64,000 nucleotides of DNA from an uncultured Eubacteriales bacterium (GTDB lineage: Bacteria > Bacillota > Clostridia > Oscillospirales > CAG-272). Of the stretch, positions 1-8,701 are shown piece after piece (within the stretch, counting starts at the first letter, position 1; every line of letters begins with the position of its first letter). The notes below the pieces were generated by a model, which saw nothing but the letters and a program-made list of their open reading frames with translations, was not told where the DNA came from and ran no database searches. The position numbers and the translations under genes were made by a program. The DNA is taken from the NCBI GenBank assembly GCA_905201895.1, contig CAJKPX010000003.1, positions 19,840-83,839 of the forward strand, written 5' to 3'.

Positions 1-241
1 TCGGGTTGTTTTCCACCGGTGTTTTGTCGAAGCCGAGATAAAAATAAACCGCAAGCAGGATCGGGATAACCATTGGGAGCATCAGGAGATTGAGCGAGAT
101 CAATTTCCAGAAGCGTCTGCCAAGCAGCTTGAAATAGCGAGCAAAGGTTGGCGTGGTGTCCTCGTCCGGGGCATCGGGACGGTCGGCACGCTTGAAGCTG
201 AATATACGATAAAGCAAGCCCTCTTTTTTGTTCTGACTCAA
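1..241 (-). CDS. DUF624/YesL-like integral membrane protein, N-terminal part only (gene runs off the window start)
   Basis: The minus-strand frame reads LSQNKKEGLLYRIFSFKRADRPDAPDEDTTPTFARYFKLLGRRFWKLISLNLLMLPMVIPILLAVYFYLGF. TTG start at 241-239 lies 5 nt after AAAGGAAGGA. A basic head followed by an FWK..L..NLL hydrophobic helix is what I associate with YesL/DUF624. The family call is from memory. Confidence 0.45.
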   Translation of the reverse strand, partial: MSQNKKEGLLYRIFSFKRADRPDAPDEDTTPTFARYFKLLGRRFWKLISLNLLMLPMVIPILLAVYFYLGFDKTPVENNP

Positions 242-288
242 AGCAATCCTTCCTTTTTTCGTTGCAAAACGATGGTAATATTGCTATT

Positions 289-297
289 ATTTTAGCA
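289..297 (-). promoter_or_regulatory. extended -10 promoter (TGCTAAAAT) for the DUF624-like gene
   Basis: The reverse complement of 289-297 is TGCTAAAAT, about 45 nt upstream of the TTG start. No clear -35. Confidence 0.5.
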
Positions 298-408
298 TAT
301 TTTGAGTGAAAAGTCAACAGATACGAAAAATTTACAGAAAAACCGATTTTCGTACAAAAAGTTGACGTGATAAAAGCAAGAAAAACTGAAAAAAAAGAAA
401 AAAGTATC

Positions 409-437
409 TTGAAAAGCGTTTCGGTCTATGTTATAAT
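409..437 (+). promoter_or_regulatory. sigma-A type promoter TTGAAA-17-TATAAT with TG extension
   Basis: TTGAAA at 409-414, a 17-nt spacer ending in TGT, and TATAAT at 432-437. Confidence 0.65.
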
Positions 438-474
438 ATTTACAGAATTTGTAAAAGGAAAGGTGTGGGTGCAA

Positions 475-1134
475 ATGAATTTGAAAAAAAGACTCCCCCT
501 GATCGTTGCGATCGTTGCCGTTTTGAGCTTGGTTGGCGCGCTTTTGGTGCTGATTTTGATGGTGCCGAATGCCGATGCTGTTTATAAACGCGTGCTTGAG
601 ATCATCCTCGCATGCCTGCTTTTGCTTCTTGCAGCATGCGCGGGCTATTATCTGCTTGTCACGCGTGACGTTGATCCCAACTTCTTCCTGTTTGACCGCG
701 CAAAGAAGCGCAACATTCCGGTTGAGAGCCTCACCTTTACGATCGTAAACGAGCGCATGACCTTCTTTTTAACGATGGTGTGTGAGTCGGTTGAGCAGCT
801 CTGGCAGGAAAACGTGCTTGAGAGTGATCGCAAGCTGGGATACCGCAGAGTATACCGTCCGCTTCTCGCCTATAAGATGCTCTACGATCTGGCAGACAAA
901 AATCTCGAAACCTATTGGAATTGCATGCTTGAGGCAAAGCCCGAGATCATCGAGTCTCTTTGCAGTGCTCTGATGCAGGGCGGCGAGCAGGAAATGGTGA
1001 AGGCGCTTCGCTTTATCATGGAAAATCACCGCGAAGCTCCCGAGCGCATCAAGGATTTCGTGATCGGAAACCAGAAATATATTCGCGGCAGAATGCTGGG
1101 CTATATTAAGCGCAACATCGAGTTGTTTTATTGA
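475..1134 (+). CDS. hypothetical membrane protein (two N-terminal TM helices, soluble C-terminal domain)
   Basis: ORF-track frame 367..1134. ATG 475 was chosen because the promoter at 409-437 lies inside the longer ORF. TM segments are LPLIVAIVAVLSLVGALLVLILMV and ILACLLLLLAACAGYYLLV. No family recognised. GTG 469 is an alternative start. Confidence 0.6.
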   Translation: MNLKKRLPLIVAIVAVLSLVGALLVLILMVPNADAVYKRVLEIILACLLLLLAACAGYYLLVTRDVDPNFFLFDRAKKRNIPVESLTFTIVNERMTFFLTMVCESVEQLWQENVLESDRKLGYRRVYRPLLAYKMLYDLADKNLETYWNCMLEAKPEIIESLCSALMQGGEQEMVKALRFIMENHREAPERIKDFVIGNQKYIRGRMLGYIKRNIELFY

Positions 1135-1198
1135 TTGGTCCGTTATTGGACAAACGATCCTTCAAAGTCGGAACGTAACCGTGCATGAGGTTTTTATC

Positions 1199-2602
1199 AT
1201 GAAATTGAGCATTATAAAACGCGTTTTGATTTCTTTATTCTCAATTTTGATTGCAATTACCTTGATCGCTTGCTCCGGTTCTTCAAATCCAATTCATTCA
1301 GATACAACCAATTCAGACCCAACCGATACCGCATCCCCGCCCGAATGTGAGCACTTATGGAAGGAAGCCAACTGCAGTAATCCGAAAATCTGCTTCAAAT
1401 GTAATAAAACCGAGGGTGAAAAGAACGTCGAAGCCCATGCTTATGTAGAAAAGGGTGAGCAGCTTCTTTGTATCTATTGCGGTGTCCCCGCACCGATCAG
1501 GGAAGTGGACTGTGAGCACGTCGCAGGTGCAGACACCTGTCCGCTTTGCGGTGAAACCGAGCTCAACGTCATAAAAAACGTCATCTATATCATTGGAGAC
1601 GGAATGGGGCTTGAGCATATTGCGGCGGGTGAGATTGCATTCGGAAAGGATTATTGCTTTGATGATTGGCAATTTGCTACCGTAAACACAGATTCTCTGT
1701 CGGCTGCAGGCAAAGGGTACAGTGCAGTTACCGATTCTGCCGCTGCAGGAACAGCACTTGCTACCGGTGTTGTCACCTATAATCAATACGTTGGGCGAGA
1801 TGCAAACAAAAACGATCTTACCACCATTCTCGATCATGCAAAATCACTCGGTAAGCGTACCGGTATCATTAGCACCGATGCTCTTTTCGGTGCAACCCCG
1901 GGGGCGTTTTCTGCCCATTGCGACAGTCGGGGGGATTACCCCGGCATTCTCCAATCTCAAATTCAATCGGGAATTGATCTTCTTTGCGGTAATAAGGATA
2001 GTAATATCTACCTTAATGATACCGTCATCACACAAAACGGATACGTTCATTGCAAAACAAGCGGTCAGATGCGGAAAAACAGCGACGCCGACAAGCTCTA
2101 TTGCACGCTGAATATTTTCGGTTATAAAACCTCCTACGGTCATGTGACGCCTTCTCAGGTAACCCCCATCGCGTTGGATTACCTCGATAACGAAACCGGT
2201 TTTGTTCTCATGATCGAGCAATCGCATATAGATGCGTATGCGCACACCAATTCGATAGACGACGTTCTGAAGTCTGTCGACGAGCTGAACAATACCGTCG
2301 AGGCGATTTTTGAGTGGATGGGTGACCGCACCGATACCGCAATTATTATCACCGCGGATCACGAAACAGGTGATCTTTCGGTCAGTAAGACCAATACGCT
2401 CCCGAATTCCACTTCGATCAACAACGGTCCCACGCTTTATTATCTTTTCAATTCGACCGGTCATACCAACTCGACCGTTGGGTTGTTCATCTACGGTGCT
2501 GACGTAGATATCGAGCAACACTCCTACTATAATAATCCCTACAATGTCAAAAACACCGATATTTATACCATAGTCTACCGATTATTGCATAATCTTCGTT
2601 AG
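1199..2602 (+). CDS. alkaline phosphatase family lipoprotein with a Cys-rich N-terminal extension
   Basis: Lipobox LIACSG. PhoA signatures are IIGDGMG, TDSAAAGTALATG (Ser nucleophile), EQSHIDAYAH, ITADHETG and GHTNSTVG. ATG 1199 lies 8 nt after GAGG. Confidence 0.85.
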   Translation: MKLSIIKRVLISLFSILIAITLIACSGSSNPIHSDTTNSDPTDTASPPECEHLWKEANCSNPKICFKCNKTEGEKNVEAHAYVEKGEQLLCIYCGVPAPIREVDCEHVAGADTCPLCGETELNVIKNVIYIIGDGMGLEHIAAGEIAFGKDYCFDDWQFATVNTDSLSAAGKGYSAVTDSAAAGTALATGVVTYNQYVGRDANKNDLTTILDHAKSLGKRTGIISTDALFGATPGAFSAHCDSRGDYPGILQSQIQSGIDLLCGNKDSNIYLNDTVITQNGYVHCKTSGQMRKNSDADKLYCTLNIFGYKTSYGHVTPSQVTPIALDYLDNETGFVLMIEQSHIDAYAHTNSIDDVLKSVDELNNTVEAIFEWMGDRTDTAIIITADHETGDLSVSKTNTLPNSTSINNGPTLYYLFNSTGHTNSTVGLFIYGADVDIEQHSYYNNPYNVKNTDIYTIVYRLLHNLR

Positions 2603-2612
2603 ATAAGCAAAG

Positions 2613-2650
2613 AGGACAGAGAACGTAAAAATGCTCTCTGTCCTTTTTTT
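2613..2650 (+). terminator. rho-independent terminator of the phosphatase gene
   Basis: AGGACAGAGA (2613-2622) pairs with TCTCTGTCCT (2635-2644), followed by a T7 run. Confidence 0.8.
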
Positions 2651-2743
2651 GTCGGTAGGTAACGTATTCTGTTAAATATCAGAAATAAATTTTCGGAGAA
2701 TTCCCCTTTGGGGAGTTTCCTTGCTTTATTTGTGAATTTTGAA

Positions 2744-4063
2744 TCAGAAAATGGGATATCCTGCGGCAGTGTGAGCCTCAATGAGCTCGTTGCAGAGTGC
2801 CACGATCTCGTCGGTGGAGAGCTCTGCGGCGGTGTGCGGCTCCATCATAGCTGCCTGGTAAAGTGTCTCGCGGCTACCGGTGTGTGCTGCCTCGATGGTG
2901 AGCAGCTGCGGGTAGATGTTGGAGGAGTTCATTGCAGCAAGCTGGAGCGGAAGATTGCCAACGTATGTGGGCGTGATGCCGTTTGCGTCAACAAGGCAGG
3001 GAACCTCAACGCATGCCTCTGCCGGCAGGTTGGGGATCAGACCGTTGTTAATCACGTTTCCGCCGATCTTATAGGGGCGGTTGGACATGATCGCTTCCAT
3101 GATGTGCGAAGCATACTCCTTGGAGCGCTCGTGCTGAACGTTTCCTCCTGCCATGAGCTCTTCCTTCTGGCTCTGCCATTTTGCGATCTGGTTTACGCAG
3201 CGACGCGGATATTCGTCGAGCGGAATGTTGAATTTTTCGATCAGATCGGGGCGATTGGGCTTGATGTAGAAGGGATTGTATTCTGCATTGTGCTCGCTGC
3301 TTTCGGTGCAGTAGTAGCCGAGCTTGTCAATGTAGTCGAAGCGCACCATGTCGCTGTGCTTTTCGGTTGCGTTCTTTTCCTTTGCGCGGCGGCGGATCTC
3401 GGGGTAGAGGTCGTTGCCGTCCTTGTCGGTGATCTCAAGCAGCCATGCCATGTGGTTGATGCCGGCGATCTTGGTGATGCAGCCGTCGAGCTTATCCTCC
3501 ATATCAACCTTCTTCAGAATGGATTTTGCGCAAACCTGCACGCTGTGGCAAAGACCAACCGTTTTCACGTTGGTGTAACGGAGCATATATCCCGTGAGCA
3601 TTGCCATGGGATTGGTGTAGTTGAGGAACCATGCGTTGGGGCAAACCTCCTCAATGTCAGCCGCAAAGTCCTTGAGAACGCGGATGGTGCGCATTGCGCG
3701 GAAGATACCGCCGATACCGAGGGTGTCGGCAATGGTCTGACGCAGACCGTACTTCTTCGGAATCTCAAAGTCGATGATCGTGCAGGGATCATAAAGACCG
3801 ACCTGAATTGCGTTGACAACGAAGTCAGCGCCGCGGAGGGCATCTTTTCTTTGTTCCACACCGAGGTACTTCTTCACGGTTGCGCGTCCCTCGTTGATGC
3901 TCTGGTTCATTGCCGTAATCAGAAGATAGGATTCCTCAAGTCTGGTGCCGTCAATGTCATAAAGTGCGATTTCAATGTCATGAAAATCGGGGCACATCAT
4001 GGTGTCGCCCAGCACGTTTTTGGAAAATACGGTACTGCCTGCACCCATAAAAGTAACTTTCAT
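2744..4063 (-). CDS. melA: glycoside hydrolase family 4, MelA-type alpha-galactosidase-like
   Basis: N-terminal Rossmann segment MKVTFMGAGSTVFSKNVLGD and the GLCHSVQ motif are typical of NAD/Mn-dependent GH4 enzymes. A 439-aa intact ORF, divergent from an AraC regulator. Confidence 0.8.
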   Translation of the reverse strand: MKVTFMGAGSTVFSKNVLGDTMMCPDFHDIEIALYDIDGTRLEESYLLITAMNQSINEGRATVKKYLGVEQRKDALRGADFVVNAIQVGLYDPCTIIDFEIPKKYGLRQTIADTLGIGGIFRAMRTIRVLKDFAADIEEVCPNAWFLNYTNPMAMLTGYMLRYTNVKTVGLCHSVQVCAKSILKKVDMEDKLDGCITKIAGINHMAWLLEITDKDGNDLYPEIRRRAKEKNATEKHSDMVRFDYIDKLGYYCTESSEHNAEYNPFYIKPNRPDLIEKFNIPLDEYPRRCVNQIAKWQSQKEELMAGGNVQHERSKEYASHIMEAIMSNRPYKIGGNVINNGLIPNLPAEACVEVPCLVDANGITPTYVGNLPLQLAAMNSSNIYPQLLTIEAAHTGSRETLYQAAMMEPHTAAELSTDEIVALCNELIEAHTAAGYPIF

Positions 4064-4133
4064 TTCGGTTTTCTCCTTTTTTGCATTTGATATTTGAATT
4101 GCTCATACGGCGCTTGTCGCCGTTCTTGGCTTT

Positions 4134-4142
4134 ATTATAGCA
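4134..4142 (-). promoter_or_regulatory. extended -10 promoter (TGCTATAAT) for the GH4 gene
   Basis: The reverse complement of 4134-4142 is TGCTATAAT, about 70 nt upstream of ATG 4063. Confidence 0.5.
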
Positions 4143-4162
4143 TATTTTTTTTGAAAAGACTA

Positions 4163-4192
4163 TTGCATTCGGTAACTCATATATGGTATAAT
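4163..4192 (+). promoter_or_regulatory. promoter TTGCAT-18-TGGTATAAT for the AraC regulator
   Basis: TTGCAT at 4163-4168 and TGGTATAAT at 4184-4192. Confidence 0.55.
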
Positions 4193-4238
4193 GTAACTAT
4201 TCTGACGAGAATAACGATTTTTCGGGGAGGCGATTTTT

Positions 4239-5006
4239 ATGATTTTGAAGCCTGCAAGGGACACGGTGCTGACCAATGCGCATCTGGGGGACCTCAATCC
4301 ATTGTTCGTGGGTTGGGAGGATTGCCATGCGGGAAAATCGTTTGGTCCTACTGTACGAAAATACACGCTGATTCATTATGTGGTGCAGGGAGAGGGAACC
4401 GTTCAGAAAAACGGGGAGATCTATCCCGTTCATGCAGGTGAGGCTTTTCTGATTCATCCGGGCGAGCTTGTGACCTACACTGCCGACCGAGACGATCCGT
4501 GGCATTACCAGTGGGTCGGCTTTGACGGAGCGCTTGCCGTGAAGCTGCGTGAGCTTCCGACCGTTGTGCGGTTTCCGTCGGGTTTGATGCAGGAAATGCT
4601 CGACGCTGTAGAAAAGGATATGCCGGAATATCGCATCGCATCGCTCCTGTTTCGGATGTGTGCCGAGCTCAATGAGGGGAAACGCGTGCGCCATCACTAC
4701 GTGCGACGCGTTCAGGACCACATTCGCGCACTCTACATGCAGCCCTTACGCGTGGAAATGATCGCAGAGCAAATGAATCTCGACCGACGCTATCTTTCCC
4801 GTATATTCAAGCAACGAACAGGAAAAAGCATTCAGGAATATTTGATCTCTGTTCGCATGGAGGAGGCGCAGAAGCGGCTTGAGGAGGGCTTTTCGGTAGA
4901 GGAAACAGCACATCTGTGCGGCTATGACGATCCATCCAACTTTTCCAAAATGTTTAAGCGTCGAGTTGGTGTCAGCCCGCTTTTTTGGAAGCAGGAGAGA
5001 CGCTGA
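4239..5006 (+). CDS. AraC family transcriptional regulator (cupin sensor plus double HTH)
   Basis: C-terminal RYLSRIFKQRTGKSIQEYLISVRMEEAQKRL...GYDDPSNFSKMFKRRVGVSP. RBS GGGGAGG precedes the ATG. Divergent from the GH4 gene. Confidence 0.85.
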   Translation: MILKPARDTVLTNAHLGDLNPLFVGWEDCHAGKSFGPTVRKYTLIHYVVQGEGTVQKNGEIYPVHAGEAFLIHPGELVTYTADRDDPWHYQWVGFDGALAVKLRELPTVVRFPSGLMQEMLDAVEKDMPEYRIASLLFRMCAELNEGKRVRHHYVRRVQDHIRALYMQPLRVEMIAEQMNLDRRYLSRIFKQRTGKSIQEYLISVRMEEAQKRLEEGFSVEETAHLCGYDDPSNFSKMFKRRVGVSPLFWKQERR

Positions 5007-5088
5007 TCTGCACGGTTAATACGCATTTTTGAGATTTTACCGCATTTTTACCGAGAAATCGGGATGATTTTGCTCGAAAATAAAAGTG

Positions 5089-5130
5089 ACCGAGGTCTTA
5101 CCGCCGCAAAGCGGCGAGACCTCGGTTTTT
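5089..5130. terminator. bidirectional rho-independent terminator between the AraC and GNAT genes
   Basis: ACCGAGGTCT (5089-5098) pairs with AGACCTCGGT (5117-5126), with an inner CGCCGC/GCGGCG pair. T5 on the plus strand and a U-rich run on the minus strand. Confidence 0.8.
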
Positions 5131-5139
5131 GTATGTTGA

Positions 5140-5679
5140 TCAAGTGCGATGTGCTTTTGGAAATTCGCTCGGATGATCGTCCTCGCTCCGCAGGCGCTTG
5201 GCATACCAATAAAGGTCGAGCCATTTTCCGTGCTTGAAGCCTGTTTTCGGGAGTGTGGCGATCAGCTTGTAGCCCATCAGCTCGTGAAAGCGGCAGCTGC
5301 CGAGATTTTCTCCCGTAATCAAGGCATACAGATTGTGATAGCCAAGCTCTGTCAGACGCGCCTCAAGGAGACGGTATAGCTCCTTGCCGATGCCGCAATG
5401 GTGATAATCGGGGGCAACGTAGACCGAAAGATCGGCATCCCAGGAGAACGCCGCTCGCTCAAAGGCAGGGGAGGCGTAGGCATATCCAACGAGCCTGTCA
5501 CCGTCACAGCAGACAAGCCACGGAAACCTCCCGGTGATCCGCTCAAAGCGCACGGTGAAATCGGAGAGCGAGGGAACCTCGTATTCAAACGTGAATGTGG
5601 TGTTGCGGATAAAGGGGGCATAGAGTGCGAGGATTGCGGGAAGGTCCTCGTGTATCGCTTGGCGATAAGTAAGACTCAT
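5140..5679 (-). CDS. GNAT N-acetyltransferase, phosphinothricin/MSO acetyltransferase-like
   Basis: Acetyl-CoA loop YVAPDYHHCGIGKELYRLLEARL. ATG 5679 overlaps the stop of the upstream small gene (ATGA). Confidence 0.75.
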   Translation of the reverse strand: MSLTYRQAIHEDLPAILALYAPFIRNTTFTFEYEVPSLSDFTVRFERITGRFPWLVCCDGDRLVGYAYASPAFERAAFSWDADLSVYVAPDYHHCGIGKELYRLLEARLTELGYHNLYALITGENLGSCRFHELMGYKLIATLPKTGFKHGKWLDLYWYAKRLRSEDDHPSEFPKAHRT

Positions 5680-5873
5680 ATCTGCTTCTGCACGCTTTTG
5701 TATTCGTCGTAGAAACGGTAATACGGGCATGCGCGCGTTTGCCCCGAGAGAAACTGCACCATTTCGTCCTGATCGAGATTAACGGTGCAAACGTAGCTCT
5801 CCCAATCCTCATCATAATCGAAGAAAACGCAACTTTCACACATTCCCGCTGCATTGTTGCTTGCGTTGCTCAT
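5676..5873 (-). CDS. small 65-aa cysteine-containing protein (resembles DUF6472-type proteins of Clostridia, from memory)
   Basis: MSNASNNAAGMCESCVFFDYDEDWESYVCTVNLDQDEMVQFLSGQTRACPYYRFYDEYKSVQKQI. Four Cys. Translationally coupled to the GNAT gene. Confidence 0.6.
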   Translation of the reverse strand: MSNASNNAAGMCESCVFFDYDEDWESYVCTVNLDQDEMVQFLSGQTRACPYYRFYDEYKSVQKQI

Positions 5874-5928
5874 TTTGATTTTTCTCCTCCCGTGGTTCGT
5901 TATCCTGCTTATATTGCGTTTGGTAGCG

Positions 5929-7533
5929 TCAGGAATCGAGCTTTTGAAGGATGCGCTCGTAGGTCAAGCCGTAGCTCTCTGCAATGTCGCGCGCGTAGCT
6001 CTTGCCGTCGGGCTTGGCACGCGTGATACGGAAGGAGCGCTTGCCCTCGCCAACGATCCCCGCAACGAGTGTGTCGATCGCGGCACCGCCGTGCTCCAAC
6101 GAGCGGCGGTTAATGTTGTCGATCTCGGCGGCAAGCTCATGCAGGTGGGTGGAGAACAGGCAACGGCAGCCAACGTGTGCAAGGCCGCTGAGCACCTCTG
6201 CCGCGATATAGGATGCCTCGTAGCTTCCCGTGGAGGAAAGCGACTCGTCGAGCAGAACGAGGCTGCTTCTTGTGACGCACTCAAAGATTTCCTCAAGACG
6301 CGCACATTCTTCACCGAGGCGACCCTTGTCGATGGTGTCCTCGGCACCTGTGGGGAAGTGCGTGTAGATTCCGTCAACAGGAGAGATTACGGCGCTATCG
6401 GCAGGGACGTACATTCCGAGCTGGAAAAAGACCTGTGCCAAGCCTACCGCGCAGGTGATCACCGATTTACCGCCGCGGTTGGGGCCTGTGAGCACGTAGA
6501 TCGTGGCTTTTTCGTCAAAGGTGACGTCATTGGGCACGATCTGCTCCTCGATCTTAAGGGCAACGCAGGGGTTGTAAAGATTTTTTGCAACGAAGGCGCG
6601 CTCCTCCATGGGACGGATCTCGGGGATGATAAGCGAGCAGCCCTTGTCACGAAGTGCACGCAAAAGCTCGGTGCCGCGAACAACAAATTCAAATTCCGGC
6701 ATGAGATTGAGCAAGAATTCGGTGTTTTCCAGAACGTAGGTTTGCACGATCTTCTTCCAGGAGCGCAGGGAAGCCTTATAGACGTCGTTAATCGCGCTGT
6801 TGAAGGCAAGTGAGAGCGCCATTTTCTGATTTTCGGATTGCTTCTTGCCGAAGGGCACGAGATTGGCAATGCAGGTGTAGTTATCGTTCTTAAAATTCAG
6901 GCGCAGGATTTTATCAAGCACCTCGCCCGACTTGAATGCCTCGGCGTTGATCGAGAGCACGCCTGCCGAGCTCGGACGAAGCTGCGCATCGAGATTGACG
7001 CCGATCGTCACGCTCTTGATTTCGCGCACACGCTGGGTCAGCTCCTCGAGCTTGCGGTTGAGCTCGCAATGGTATTCGCTCTCGGCAAGCTGCGTGATGA
7101 GTTCCGAGAGCGCCGTAAACGCAGGACTTTTGAGTCGGTCGCGCACGCTCGTTAAGCCTTCGTGCAGAATACGGATGCTCGACACATAGAGCTCGATTTC
7201 GGTAATGCTCGAGAGATAATCGTTGGTGTCTCCGCTGTCTGCCTCAAGACGGCGAAGCTCCATGATATCGTTGAGAACGGGGACGAGGCGCGCGAGCATA
7301 TCGGTCAGCTCGGGGCAGTTGATCATATCGTCAAAGGTTGCCATGCGGTAACGGATGACGTTGGGATCGGAGGTGAAAAATTCAGACAGATCACGGTTTT
7401 TCAGATCAAAGAGCTCAAGCAGCCCCAATTCCTGCAGGGTAAACAGATCAATATCGGGCAGGGCGTCTCCAAGATCGTGGACGCGCCGTGTCTCGCTATC
7501 GGGGTATATTAAGCTGAATTCGTTGAAATCCAT
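5929..7533 (-). CDS. MutS-family ATPase (domain V core only; no mismatch-binding or Smr domain)
   Basis: Walker A LTGPNRGGKSV, Walker B LVLLDESLSSTG and the STHLHEL signature, with a helical N-terminal half. Confidence 0.8.
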   Translation of the reverse strand: MDFNEFSLIYPDSETRRVHDLGDALPDIDLFTLQELGLLELFDLKNRDLSEFFTSDPNVIRYRMATFDDMINCPELTDMLARLVPVLNDIMELRRLEADSGDTNDYLSSITEIELYVSSIRILHEGLTSVRDRLKSPAFTALSELITQLAESEYHCELNRKLEELTQRVREIKSVTIGVNLDAQLRPSSAGVLSINAEAFKSGEVLDKILRLNFKNDNYTCIANLVPFGKKQSENQKMALSLAFNSAINDVYKASLRSWKKIVQTYVLENTEFLLNLMPEFEFVVRGTELLRALRDKGCSLIIPEIRPMEERAFVAKNLYNPCVALKIEEQIVPNDVTFDEKATIYVLTGPNRGGKSVITCAVGLAQVFFQLGMYVPADSAVISPVDGIYTHFPTGAEDTIDKGRLGEECARLEEIFECVTRSSLVLLDESLSSTGSYEASYIAAEVLSGLAHVGCRCLFSTHLHELAAEIDNINRRSLEHGGAAIDTLVAGIVGEGKRSFRITRAKPDGKSYARDIAESYGLTYERILQKLDS

Positions 7534-7571
7534 AGGAAATTCAGGTTCCTTTCATTGTTTCTATCTTCATA

Positions 7572-7580
7572 ATTATAGCA
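7572..7580 (-). promoter_or_regulatory. extended -10 promoter (TGCTATAAT) for the MutS-like operon
   Basis: The reverse complement of 7572-7580 is TGCTATAAT, about 40 nt upstream of ATG 7533. Confidence 0.5.
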
Positions 7581-7640
7581 TAAAAAAAGCTGTTCGTCTA
7601 TACCTTCACGAAAAAATTTGCAATTAGATGGCAGATTTGA

Positions 7641-7669
7641 TTGACGCGAGGATGAATTTGTGATAAAAT
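7641..7669 (+). promoter_or_regulatory. promoter TTGACG-17-TAAAAT with TG extension
   Basis: TTGACG at 7641-7646, a 17-nt spacer ending in TGA, and TAAAAT at 7664-7669. Confidence 0.6.
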
Positions 7670-7696
7670 ATAGAAAAAACGGAGGAGGGTGAGCGC

Positions 7697-8584
7697 ATGG
7701 AAATGACTGATATCGTGGATTTGCTCGGCGAGAGCGATCTGCGCCGCACGCTTATGCAATGCGGTATCAATGCGGAAAGATTTTCGCATTACGAGCTTTT
7801 TCGGGCATTTTGTGAGGCGCAGCCTCTGCTCTCGCATCACCGCCTTCGGAGCTGCTTTCACGGCATTCTGCGCGCTTTTCCTACATTGGATTTTTCATCC
7901 GACAGCGTTGGCTGCAATGATATCTGGAAAAGCGTTGCGGAGGAGCTTCTTCTTGATCCACCCTCGCAAAAGCACCTGACCGAGATGCAATCTGATCGGG
8001 AGGATGACGAAAAAGCCCCGTCGGTCGACGAAGCGAAGCTTTGTCGGCGTGCGCAAACCTATGCAGCGAATAGGCTTTTGTTCACCCACGCCGACTCCTG
8101 GGAGGCATGGCGAGATGAAATCAACGGGCAGCTCACCGCTCTCGTCGGTCAAGCGTGCAGCGGCGTCCTTTATCGGTTGCCGAAATATTACCGCGATTGC
8201 TCACCCAATCCCTACACGGTTGGACAGATTCTCAAGAAGAAACGGCGCAGCTTGCGTGATCGGAGCCTCCTTCACGCACAGCTTTTGCGGCAAATCCTTG
8301 CATTTTGCCGAGAAAAAGGGCTTCGGGTGATCCTGATGTCCCAATGTGACGCGCAACATTTGAGGTCGCTCCTGTTTCGCCTGAAGGGCGAGGTTGGCTT
8401 GCCCTCGCTTGCATGCTCAACTGCAAGCGATACACCGGAATGGCTCTTGGATTTTGCGGCGGAGAACCGCGAGGTCACGCTCGCCGTTGCGGCTGAAAAA
8501 GCCAATACACACGGGGACTGTTTGCAAACGCTCACGCGCCTGTCTCGCATCTATCCAATCGGTAGGATCACCGTAGTTCGGTAA
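7697..8584 (+). CDS. hypothetical protein, 295 aa, no family recognised
   Basis: Strong RBS GGAGGAGGG 8 nt before ATG 7697, its own promoter and a downstream terminator. Leu/Arg/Cys-rich and soluble. Confidence 0.6.
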   Translation: MEMTDIVDLLGESDLRRTLMQCGINAERFSHYELFRAFCEAQPLLSHHRLRSCFHGILRAFPTLDFSSDSVGCNDIWKSVAEELLLDPPSQKHLTEMQSDREDDEKAPSVDEAKLCRRAQTYAANRLLFTHADSWEAWRDEINGQLTALVGQACSGVLYRLPKYYRDCSPNPYTVGQILKKKRRSLRDRSLLHAQLLRQILAFCREKGLRVILMSQCDAQHLRSLLFRLKGEVGLPSLACSTASDTPEWLLDFAAENREVTLAVAAEKANTHGDCLQTLTRLSRIYPIGRITVVR

Positions 8585-8624
8585 AAGCAGATTGCAAAGG
8601 TGATTTCCGGAGCAGAAATATTTT

Positions 8625-8679
8625 CAAAAAAACAAGGGCAGTCAGTGCGTTTTCGCGCTTGATTGCCCTTGTTTTTTTA
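8625..8679. terminator. bidirectional rho-independent terminator
   Basis: AACAAGGGCA (8631-8640) pairs with TGCCCTTGTT (8664-8673), flanked by an A-run and a T7 run. Confidence 0.8.
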
Positions 8680-8701
8680 TTGGTTGACTCGCTGGCGTGA
8701 G

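Noticed and set aside
367-474. N-terminal extension of the 255-aa ORF
   Set aside because: A well-formed promoter (409-437) lies inside it, and the extension is lysine-rich junk. The start was moved to 475.
2708-4090. 460-aa plus-strand ORF covering the whole GH4 locus
   Set aside because: It is the antisense shadow of a gene with clear GH4 motifs. The translation is Val/Gly/Ala/His/Cys-rich with no recognisable family and no RBS. Such long antisense ORFs are typical of GC3-rich genes.
4228-4242. 15-nt identity AGGCGATTTTTATGA shared with 18464-18478. Both span the RBS and start codon of plus-strand genes next to AraC/glycosidase pairs.
   Set aside because: Most of the match is constrained (SD remnant, AT spacer, ATG), and the flanks do not align. 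It is most simply coincidence.
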